Origin: Podarcis cretensis
Taxonomy: Eukaryota
Reading direction: 5' to 3'
Length of the DNA: 64,000 nt
Assembly (NCBI GenBank): GCA_951804945.1
Contig: OX638150.1
Coordinates: forward strand, 58,776,001-58,840,000
Shown here in pieces: positions 35,305 to 46,815 of the stretch (the first letter of the stretch is position 1; every line of letters starts with the position of its first letter). A program made the position numbers and the translations under genes. The notes under the pieces are model-generated. The model saw only the letters and a program-made list of their open reading frames with translations, was not told the origin of the DNA and searched no databases.

Positions 35305-38300
35305 GTATATGTTCCTTCTGGGGCCCAAAAAGGCTACTGTCAACATAATGATTATTGCTGATGTGTTTGCTGACATTTTAACACGCTATGTTTATTTATT
35401 TTTGGTAATAGGTATGTATGTGTTCCTGTAAAGATGCATTAATTCAAGAGCTTAATTTCTAAATATAAGCTGCAGGGGCTCAACTTTGTTGGATGTTATA
35501 CTCACTCCCTCTTACACTCCCTCAAGCCAGTTTAAATAAGGAACGGTCAGGGATATTTTTTTAAAAAAAACACACTTCATGTCACTATGTTAAGTCATAA
35601 CATGACTTATAAAAACATACTTTTTTGTTATAATAGGAAACTACCACCTAACCATTCCAGATAATTAATTATTATTCATTTGTAATGCCAAGCCATGAAA
35701 ATCTGAAACGGTACTACAGTTAATTAGTTTGCCATTAGCTACCCAGGGCCTAGCTTACTTATACAGTAGAAGCTGTAGCTGTTTAAAAGGTAACCCAGTG
35801 TGTCATCACCCAGCTATTAATGGGGATAAGCAACAAGGTTCCTTCTGAACACGTATGAAATCATCTTAACATAGTTAGCAAGACATCAGGGCAAATCCTT
35901 TAATTTCCTGATTTGCAGAAGAGCCTGATATCGCAGCTCCTGCTGACCCTGTGCAAACAAGCCATATGTCACATCTAAGGTAGAAATTAGCCAGAAATCC
36001 TAACTGCATTAGTTAATTTCTGTTTAATCAACCTGACCTGTTATGAAATCCTATTGCAGAAGCATGCTGTTTGCTTCCCACCTTCTTTGGATTATTATTG
36101 CTCATCTTGGCCCCCAAGGCTCTAGACTTTAGTGTTTTTAGTGGCAGCATCTGGTTCACTAGCATGGTTTGCCAGCAGTTACACTGGCTTCCTGGCAACT
36201 GCCTCTGACTCTATTAAGGATCAAAGGTTGAACTGCTGGCAGCTGATCTTTTGCTCCTCTTTGCTCTTAGCTTTATCTGCAAATTAAGTTGTGGCTATCT
36301 GTTAATAAGGAGAGCCTTAAGATGCATGCAACCATCGGAAGATTTTAAAAATAAGCTCCTTTGAAAAGGCACACACCCAGCCAAAAAGCACATAGTTGTT
36401 GAGTCCATATCTTGTAAATTAAATTTTTTTTTTAAATCCCCTTTTGCAACAAGAACACAGAACCCAAAACTCAAAGCTATGTAACATTTTCTCCAGAAGG
36501 AGCATCTGGCTGTCTGGCAGAGTTTCCAGTCAGTTGTTGTGTTTGTGGCTTTGGAGCCTCCTCAGAAGCCATCACGTGGTTAGGGTTTCTTTAGGACTGT
36601 CTGGACCACATTCTCTTTTGCTGAAAGCTTTTTTCTCGAGTTCAATTTTGAGGGTCTGAGGAATGTGTTACCTGAGAAATGTGTGGTTCCACGTTTGTTT
36701 GACCATGATGCAAACTTTCTTTGTGCGCAGAAGATCCCATAACTACATTTATGGCAACCCAATCATAGGCAGACAAAAGCTTCAGAAAACTCACCACATC
36801 AGGGACACACCAGTGCAGGGCCCTCCAAATCCTATTTTACAAGTCCCATCAGTCCCTGTTAACTTGACCAGTGGTCAGGGATGATGGGAGTTGTAGTTAA
36901 ACAACATCTGTTAGAATAGACTCCTGTTGTGAATGGATCGCTCTGTTTTTACCTTGTATACATTTGGGATCTTCATAGAAATGTCACAAATCTCCTGCTG
37001 TATACTTGTGTTTTGAGGCATGGTGTTTACAGTTTTTGCAGTATTCATACATCGCTTGCTGCCAACTGGGGATCAATGTTTATGCATCTAGTGGGCTCTG
37101 GTCCAGAAATGTTTATGCCAAAAGTAATATGTTAAACTGCAGTTCTTACCCTGGCTGCTGCCTGGCAGGACTTAACAGAGCAGTGGGGCCACAGTAGGAT
37201 ATGCAGCCCTCTAGGTGGGTGGAGACACCCAAATGACTGATGCTGTGATCATGCCCAGATCGGCATCCAGTAAGTCTGGGCTGGCTCAGCCCTGGAACAC
37301 AGGCAGAAGGGGAAACTTCCTGCTGCCGGAGGCCAGCAGGGCTGGCACAGGGACATCCAGGACAGCACAAAGGGGGTTTGGATCACAGTATTTGGTCAGC
37401 TGCTGTGTAGTGCTCTTTTCTCTATAAAAAGAGAGCATTAACAAAGGAAAGAAGTCTAAACTCAGCCATATTTTCTTCATTATCTTTTCTTACTGAAAGG
37501 AAACAACCACGATATAACAAAGTGTTAGGGAAGTTCCAGAATTTCCAGTGGGTTTAAGGTCACCTAATTCTGTGCCGGATTCTGGACGATGTGTTTTCCC
37601 TTTTTTTAATGGCATGACTCATCCTATTGCTGCAACAGTCTGTGGGGGTCACACATTTCATAGACTTAATTTGCTAGGGTTACTTCCTCATTGGCTAATA
37701 TTTCACTTCAACGTGTTTGTGCAGATTTGCAGATTGGGAGTCAGGTGTCAAAACAGGAGCCTGCATAGCAGAAAAGGGGAGTTATATTTATGCTTAATTA
37801 TTGCCAGATTGAGGGGGGTTGCAATAATTGGGGCACATTACTTAACAGCAGCTTTTCACTCAATTAATGGAAATAAACGGGAAAATAGAGATAGCAGTGG
37901 AATTAGGACCACTTTGGAAATTCTGTGCCCAAACAATGTTGCCATTAGCAGAACTATTAAGAGGGGCGGGGAGAACAGAAGGTGAAGGTGGTCGGGATGT
38001 CATGAAAACCTTCAGTGCATCAAGAATTGATGCTTATCCCCAGCAGCAAGTTACACAGTGACTAAGGGAACAAAATTCATTTCAGGCTGAATAATTTAAA
38101 GTCCTTCTTTGTGAACATTCTATGGAGCGTATATGTTCAAAATAGTGCTTTGTCCTTCTTTCTTGCTTGCTTGCTTTTTTACAGACCTTGAATTTTCCGT
38201 AACTGTAGTAGCAAAGCAGCCAGCATTCTAGAAAACATGAGAATTTGCAACAATAATTTATTTATTTTAGTAGTTCTGTTTGAATACACTAATAAACTCT

Positions 38301-38390
38301 TGTGAAGATAGCAGTTATCATGGCACAACTAAACAATATAACCTACCTACAAGAATATTCAAATATTATCTTGGAATTTCAATTCCTATA

Positions 38391-38615
38391 CAGCGGTACC
38401 TCGGGTTAAGTACTTAATTCGTTCTGGAGGTCCGTTCTTAACCTGAAGCACCACTTTAGCTAATGGGGCCTTCTGCTGCCGCTGCGCTCCCAGAGCACGA
38501 TTTCTGTTCTCATCCTGAAGCAAAGTTCTTAACCTGAGGTACTATTTCTGGGTTAGGGGAGTCTGTAACCTGAACCGTATGTAACCTGCAGCGTATGTAA
38601 CCCGAGGTACCACTG
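38391..38615. mobile_element. Tc1/mariner (Tigger/pogo-like) MITE, second copy of the 19214 family
   Basis: TIR cagcggtacctcgggtta / taacccgaggtaccactg; TA TSD; body nearly identical to 19214-19439. Confidence 0.9.
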
Positions 38616-41600
38616 TATTACATGCAAAATGCCATAATAAATACAAATGATGACTGGTATCCAGAGTGAGTCATGGGTACTTCTGCACAAGCATGGGTGG
38701 GTTTTTTCTTTCTTTCAGCCTCTTTCCACCTTTGGGCTTAGCTGACAACTTTTCCCTTTTCTTGCGAGGAATCCTATTCGGAATAAGGGAATTTTCCTTT
38801 AAAAAAGGGAAACGTTGACAGCTATGCCTTTCCACCAGAAACAGTGAGATAAAAATACCATGTGGATGCATAGAACTTGTGCAATGCATTTATAGTTGTG
38901 AACCACTTAAAAGCCATTTTGGCATATAAGCAGTATTAAAACTAATAAACAATTGGAGGGATCCAACATAGCACTGAGCAGGTCACTCCATCAGCATACG
39001 TATTTCTCAAGTTTCACTCTCACAAGTTGTGGCGATAGCCATTTACTTGAGTTTCAAAAAGGATTGACAAACTGATTTAAGAATTGGTCTATCAATGGTT
39101 AATGATAGCTGAAAGGAGCCTTGTGGACCTCCAGCTGTTGTTGGACAACAGAGACTCCTTATCCTGTCTGTGACTCCTTCCCTACTCACCCCTGTGAGTA
39201 GGGAACCCCTGTCTTTGCTGCAGAATTTGGATCGGAGCTTTTTGTTTGTGTTCCTTACACAGAGTATATATAGGCCTGCATGTAATCAGGCTTCAGATAA
39301 GGGAACTGTTGTTTATATAGGGTGATAATGGTAACCTTGAGAATTCAGTTGAACTATATTATCCATGAGCCACATTTGGATTAGAAGTGTGTTAATATTG
39401 CATGTATGCTTGGGAAAGACTGTCCCCACCTGCTAATCTAGCGGTTGTTTCTGCCAAATTAAGCTGTCAAGGAGAATATTGCAGCTACCATTTGATTCAC
39501 ATGGCAGCTTCCATGCCGGTTTTGTAATTAGCCAGGATGTTTTGGTGCAGGTGTTTTGTTTCAGTCGCCTACTCCAAATGGTTCACATTTGCCAGCTTAG
39601 ATTTTTGATTTTGTTTAAAACAGGAGCTGAACTGATTGGAGCTGAGTTGTCTTTTCTGTTTCAGTTGTAGTGGAGATTTGACTGCTAGCCTCAGGTGATG
39701 CAGACTTCCACAAAAGAGCTAGTGAGATTGAGAGAGACTTGAGACTGAAGAAGCTCTTTCCGGCTTCCTGTTAAGTGAAGTGGAGCTTTGCCAGTGACAA
39801 ATGCGGAAATGGGATCAAGCCACAAATATCAGTTCTGTGATTTAAGGAGAAATTGCAGCTTCACTAGAAAAAGCAATCTCGGCCATGAACACAATCATAA
39901 GGCAGCATCTTTGTTTACTGCTCTCTATGATTGTAAGGCAGAGCCTCTCCCCCACCTCCAGCTGGGTAGATCACCTAATTATTTTACCTCTTTTAAAAAT
40001 AGTTATAACAAGAATACATGGGCCTCATGCTTATCAACAAATCAAACCTCTATTTAAGTGAAATAGGAATAGATTTTTGTTTTTCTGAGACTGATATGCA
40101 GATCATTCACATACATGCCACTCTGCTTTGGCAGTCACTAGCTAGACCTGCGATAATCATTTTCACACATACTTTCTACTTACAATGTGTTTGGATAAAT
40201 AATCACTCTTGCCCTGGGAGTTTAATTTTAGCACATCATTCTGTAATCCCAGTGGTCACAGAGGCTATTTAGTAACCCCAAGAAATGCATGAGAGTTGCA
40301 TTTCACTCTTTTGATCTGTAGCCCAGAAGCCTTTACTTCCAAAACAAATCTGTTTTCTTGGAAATGTGCTTAAAGTGTCCTTTTGTGCTGTCACTTGTGG
40401 TCACTTTGGAAGCTTGGCTTGTGAAAGATGAAGTTATGGAAATTCTTGTAGCTTGTCCTATATATCACAGTGTAGGTTGTATATTCATGTGATACTCCAA
40501 TAGGCAACTATATAAGGACTATTAATGACGCAGCTTACGGCCCATGATAATCGGGTTTGCGGTTGCCACTAGCCAGGCCACCCTGCCAGCCCATCCTCCA
40601 CTTTGCAAGCAGGAAAAAAATGCATTATCTGTAGCTGCTGAAGGAGTAGTTAAATAGATGCAACTTTTCAAGGTTTCTGACTAATGTATTTCCTCTTAGC
40701 ACCCCTAAGAACAGCCAGGCAAGTTTCATGGAAGGAATAACATGTTACCTGGTCTCTCTCTATCTTTTAGCAAGTAGAAACCATAGCTGGGGTGAGGGGA
40801 GGGGAGAGATAACCATCTGGGCCAGGAGCATGCTGCTGAGAGTAGGGGGAAGATAGCCCCCCCCCCCCCCCGGTGTCATTTCTCTTGAAGCTGCTTATTT
40901 GTACGGTAAAGGAGGATGTGTATTTATGCAGCCTGTAAATGTACCCCCCCCATTGGGCAAATACTAGTTTGCAGAAAGAGATTGGGAAAATAGATCATGG
41001 GGCAATGGGAGACTTTTCTCCGTTCCCCAGCCCAACAGTCTCAGTCTGTATCACACCTCCCTCCCCAGATTGTGCAACTTCCTTGTCTCATCTAGGTTTG
41101 CCCCCAGGTACACAAAAATACCAAATTGCCACTCTAAGGAGCATGAGCACAAAGTTTTGGTATTGACTTCTTCAGAGCTTTGGTCCAGGAACTGGCACTT
41201 GCAGGTTTTTCTTTCACCCACTTCTGGTTTCCAGAGCAGGAAATGGTTGAGATGAGCAATAGACTGCCAGCAGCTTCTATGAAGTGGACGCCCTGGTAGG
41301 AGGCAGTGGGCTGGAAGATGAAGTGCTATAGGCCATATGTTGCTCACTGTACTTCACATAATATATTTATGTCTGTACCAATTCCTGGGTGCAAGGGATA
41401 GAGGAGGTTTGCTTTTTTATGATTATGGGTCAATTAGACAAAAGATGAAATCACTTCCTCAGCAAGTAGTTACTCTGTGAGTTATAGCCCTGCCAAATTG
41501 GCATTGTTTGGAATCGAAAGCCTGCATGGAGCTGGTAGCCCTTGGAAATTGGCTGAATCTCCTCAACTCCTTTTTGTGGATAATTCGTCACTAGTGTTAC

Positions 41601-42659
41601 TATCCTTGCACGGAATGACATGCTTTCCGAACAAAATGCATTGTTGAGATTGACCCAAGATGTCTTTGTCCTCTGTTGTCTTTTCTTTCTGGAGGGAGAA
41701 AATTCTTCCTCATCCATCATTAGCCCAGTGCAAGTTATTAATTAATGTATGCCACAGAGGTTAATGAGCAACATCTTGGTGAAGCACATTTGGCACACTT
41801 CACTTTTGGAGACGGCCCTCGTAAAGTTAAGCTTGCTTTTTTATTTTGCCATCGATGAATAATTATTTAGGCATTGCCTCTTGAAGTGGAAAGGGGCTGC
41901 CCGTTTAAAAGTGGGAGTTTTCTATTTATCTCCTGTGAACTGAAAAGCAAATCCCCCCTAGCTGTCAGACTTTGAAATGCAGCTGTTGTTCCTTTTGACA
42001 GACTTCCTTTTCAGAAAGGCTAACATTCATATTGCTGTTTGGAAGGATTGCAGCATCTAAACAAAAGCCAGATACTTTTATTTGTTAAGTCAAGTGAAAA
42101 ATGGGTCTGCCCTTCTCCAGTTAGCTGGCAGGAATTGAGCAAACATCAATGTTGCTTTTCTTCCTTCCTGGAAGTCAGTTCAGTACTTTTGATGGCTGGG
42201 TGGGGGGAGGGAAGTATTTGACTGGCATGCCTGGAAACATAAATTCTCCACATCAGTGGGTTTATTAAGTGACTACCAAGGACAGCCTAATTAGTTTAAG
42301 CCAGCAGTTCTTGAACACCACCACCATTTGTATTCTTCCTCTTAACAGCAGACCGTTCTGCATGCTTGGAAATAGGTTCATAATACAGTAGTACGGCCTA
42401 TTGATGTGTACCATGGTAGCTGCTGTGTTTACCTCTCAACCACCAGCCAGCATGTAGAAGCAATTCTCTTGCATTAAGCAAGTAATCTAACCATGAGCTG
42501 TCTATTTATCTCACATAACATCAAAACGGGTAGAAGCCTACTAAAACGCAGGGTGTTAGCATTCCCACAACACTATTGCAACAAGCTGTCCACCACAAGC
42601 AGAATCAAGTGTGCAAATTCATTTTTCATGTGGCATCGTAATACGGTCCTAGGTGTAAG

Positions 42660-42800
42660 CATAAGAAGAGCCTGCTGGATCAGACCAGTGGTCCATCAAG
42701 TCCAGCGATCTGTTCTCACAGTGGCCAACTAGATTCCTATGGAAAGCCGTAATCAGGACCTGAGCACACAAGAGCTCTTCTCTCTTCTGCAGCCTCCAGC
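42660..42800 (-). mobile_element. CR1-like LINE 3' end fragment
   Basis: cataagaagagcctgctggatcagaccagtggtccatcaagtccagc..ctgttctcacagtggcc, the characteristic squamate CR1 terminus in reverse orientation. Confidence 0.7.
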
Positions 42801-43742
42801 AGAAGGAGCTCTAGGCAGGACCTCACTGAGAATGCTCAGCATCCCAAGGAATAAGTAAAAAGCTTGGAGAAGTTCCTTTGCTGGAAAAAAGTAATATTTT
42901 AACAAAAGTCCCTTGTTATTTTAGTATGAATCAGCCAAGGGAAATAAATCCTGGGGATCATTCAGATTGTTTTGTATAAATTGAATGTTGGAGCAGGATT
43001 CAATTTAGTTTGTTGTATTTGTGGAATGAGGTCAACTCACACAATGGGACATTTTCCCACCACTATCTCGGCAGCCCCTAAATCTGCTCTGTAGGGAGGG
43101 AACCCAGAACAAGTTTAGGTGGTACACAGGGGAAGGGGCAAGGCCCATTACACAAATGGAACTTGTTGCATTTGCATACAGCCGTTGGGCTGTTTTGAAT
43201 GGAATTAAAGATAAGCAATGTGTCGTAAAAGATAAAGAACCAGTTGATTATGTCCTCCAATAGCTGGAATGCTCTGCTGACCCAAACTTTCTAGAGATGT
43301 GCAAAACTAGTACCATAAAAGTGGATTGTGAATCACAGCCTAATAGTCTGATTCACAAAGAGAGGTACTTGACTTTAAAAGATACTGGTTTTAATCCAAG
43401 GAGTCTTATTTATTTCAGTGGTTCACATTGAGTTAAATCTTATATATTCAAATAAATCCGTGTGCCAGTGACCCCATTCGTGTGTCTCAAAACAAAAAAA
43501 GTCTTAGACTATGTGACATAGAATTGCAGCCTGTGATGCTTTGCTCATGAGCCACAAGGCAAGTCTGCAATGTCCACTTTCCTAAAATGGTGGTAAATGA
43601 ATTTTCCATATAACTTCACGCTCTACTAGCAGCCGTTGTAATACTTTGTTACATTTTGTTTCTTCTTAGTTTCCTCTGTATTTCCTAAGTGTCTGCTGGT
43701 TGTGTTTAGTATTAATGATTTCTGTTTTTTAAACCCAAACAG

Positions 43743-43871
43743 AGCAAACTGGAAAGAAAACAAAGGGAAGAAGAAGTGACCCAAAAAGAAAAGGAAGAGA
43801 TGATAGGAAAAGCAGCCCAGAGAAGAAAGAAAAGAGGAAATCGGGGAATGAGTTGGTGCTGGGGCAGCTGG
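43743..43871 (+). CDS. JADE2: JADE2 Lys/Arg-rich cassette exon (probably alternatively spliced); not in ORF track
   Basis: aaacag|AG acceptor and G|gtaagt donor; 129 nt, phase 1-1. Encodes (E)QTGKKTKGRRSDPKRKGRDDRKSSPEKKEKRKSGNELVLGQL, resembling from memory the optional basic exon of mammalian JADE2 (ending ...VLGQL). Confidence 0.85.
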
Positions 43872-45346
43872 GTAAGTTTGGCTTCAAAAAAGCTGCTTTA
43901 GCTTTTAAATGCTTTAAAAATGTTGCCCATGGAGCTTATGGGTGGGAAGTTTAACGATTGCCCCATTCAGAAGCTTTTATTCACATGTTAAGTGATCATG
44001 TGAACAGGACTGCACTGAATAGCTATGCCCCAGGCATGTGGGCACTGGCCAGCAAGGACTCAGAGTATCACATGTGCAGCATGCCCAATGGCAGAGACTG
44101 GCAGATGGAGTCTTGAGTCCACACAACCTGGAACTCTTGATTGTTATTGGTATTGTAGAACAATTCATACATTAAAGAAAGAAGGTTCTACTGTTAGTGA
44201 AGTAATCTTCAATATGACTCCTTTAACAGGGCTGTTTGTCAGCCAGTGACGCTGAGGCCCTTAGGTGTTACCGCCTGCTGATCCTGAGATAAATTCTGGT
44301 CTCAGTTTACTAGTTAACTATACCAAACTGATTCTTTATGAGGATGAGGAAGTACGAATGTATTTGTGAACCCCATGTGTTGGCTATTTAGATCATAAAG
44401 AATCCACTCACTCACTCACTCACTCCATGGGAGTTCATCCAAGTCTAGGAGTTTCCATCTGTGTAGAGGAGGGATCCCTGACCTTTTTGGACTAGGCACT
44501 TCTGGAAATCTAAGAAACAGTTGTGGGCACCACAGTATACCCATTTCACAGAAGAAAAGCAAGCTGTTCTCAGGTACTCCCCCTCAAACAACAAACAAAA
44601 CAGCCGCCCACACTCCAAAACAAATAAAACAGAAACAGCCAAAAAAGAGAGTGGGGGGAAAAACCCAGACAAGGAAAAGGACCCCCAACAAACTGACAAA
44701 GCACCACCATGTGGGGCCGAGAGGAAATCTGGAGAAAGCAAGGATGCCTTGTATCCTGCCCAGTGCCACCCATGGTTAAAAGGGGGGGGGGAGTAAACAT
44801 GTCAAATTGAAAATACTAAGAAATTGGAAGGGTGCCATTATGTATGCAGGTGCCGTGTTGGAGACCCTAGGTTGTAAAGCTAATGATTCTCCTCTTGTTC
44901 ACTCCTAGCTATAGAGTTTCATGTTACTATATCAGGGCTTTGTATCCAGCCATGATAAAATATTTGATGCAAATAGGTGGCCGTGTGATTCACATTCAGG
45001 CTTCCCCCGACTGAACAATCTACTTAAGTGTTGTATTTCAGAAAGATGACACAATGATATGTAATGTCACATTTTGCCTTGGTCTTTCTGAAACTTCTGT
45101 CTGCCTAATTACTGACCCAAATTTATTTGTTTGTTTGTTTGTTTGTTTCCGTAGCCACCCTGTACCGTAAAGCCCCATGCTGAGTTACAACAATGTAATA
45201 TACAATTATAAAAATTAGATTAAAATGTTACAATTATAAACAAATAAAACTGTTCTAATTGGAATAGAATTTACCTTTGTGACGGCGGTTAAATGTTTAT
45301 TGAATCCTAAGGCGTCCTGTTCTTTTTCTACTCCTTTTTGGTTTAG

Positions 45347-46239
45347 GTTTGTCCACTTCCTTTCCCATTGATGGGACCTTCTTCAACAGCTGGCTGGCTC
45401 AATCTGTACAGATCACCACTGAGAACATGGCAATGAGCGAGTGGTCCTTGAACAATGACCACCATGAAGACACCACCCCAGGCCTTTCTGAGGAACTTCT
45501 GCAAGACGAAGAGACCTTGCTGAGTTTCATGATGGATCATTCCCTGAAGTCCCCGTTGAAGCACAGTGACACCGCAAAGAAAGCTAGGAGCAAAGTGCGA
45601 ACGCACACAAAGAAGAAAGTGGCAAGGAACGGCTTGAGTACCATCTTTAAGAGACAAGAGGACTCACATCACTGGACTAACGTGAGCTCTTTGCCAGATA
45701 GCACCACCAAGTCCTCACTCCATGATTTAAGAAACAGCAAAGCAGAGAAAGGTGGGGACAAACTTCAGCCAGAGCGCAAGGTGATGTGCGAAGTGAAAAA
45801 GTCGGCTAAGAAGGGCTCTTCACACCCCACAACTCTTCCAAAAGCAAATGATTCACATGCCTCCCAGAGCCTGATAAGTAACCTGAGCAATGAGAAGGAG
45901 GAACCACTGAAATATACTCTATCTTCTGATCCCAAACCCCTGGTTAAAGTGCCTGATTCAGTAGGTAGTCCGAAAACAGTAGTGAGGTTCAGATTACCAA
46001 AAGAAGGCAGAGGGACTCGGAGATCCCAAAGCGAGAAGCCTGCTGAGCTGGTTAATGGACCTTCAGGAAGTGAGAGGTCGAAAGTTATCTTACACCCTTT
46101 TGACAATGAGACTGATGGCTACTTCTCAGATGCAGAAATGAGTGACTCTGACACAGAATCTGGTAGTGGCAGAGGGCACCATAGCCAATTAGATTCAGGA
46201 AATGAGGATAATTTCAGAATGAGCATTTTGGCATCCTAA
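45347..46239 (+). CDS. JADE2: JADE2 terminal coding exon to stop codon
   Basis: gtttag|GT acceptor. Encodes (G)LSTSFPIDGTFFNSWLAQSVQITTENMAMSEW...DNETDGYFSDAEMSDSD...RMSILAS then TAA. Both ends are diagnostic of JADE2 rather than JADE1/3. Confidence 0.96.
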
Positions 46240-46745
46240 TATGCCAGATAGACCAATTGTGACAGCTCTGTGAGCCCTAAATCCAGTTACAACTGCCATG
46301 TCTAATTTCCACCTGGTATCATAACAGAGGGTTTTGTTTTTCGTTTCGTTTTTAATTTGTATATATAGTTTAAGAAAAAAGAACTGTTGTTTTTCCTCTT
46401 CTCTGTTTGACTCAAAGCTTCACTGACTTAGACTTATATACTGTAACAGTAGCTAGCCTCTCCTAGTCAAAACATGTGTATCATAGTGAAACAAAATGCA
46501 AGCATGTGCATTATTAGGGGCTAGTGCTTGCTGGTAGTGAGCAGGACATCCTAGAATTTTAACAAGGAGGCCTGAGATTGCCAGTATCTGTTGTTCATGC
46601 AGGGATGACAGTTTTATGGGCATTATTTAAACCAAGCAAATAGATTTCATGGTCTGCCTGGGATTGCCTCTGTTTAGCAGGCTGCAGAATGGGGGTACTA
46701 TTGTAGTAGCCAACTATATACACATAACTTATGGAAAAGTAAATT

Positions 46746-46815
46746 GTGTGTGTGTGTGTGTGTATGCATACATCTGCAGGATTTGTCAGTGTGTGTGTGT
46801 GTGTGTGTGTGTGTG
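46746..46815. repeat. Two (GT)n tracts within the 3' UTR
   Basis: Direct read. Confidence 0.9.

Noticed and set aside
45343-46106. Antisense ORFs over the last JADE2 exon
   Set aside because: Shadow frames of the real CDS.
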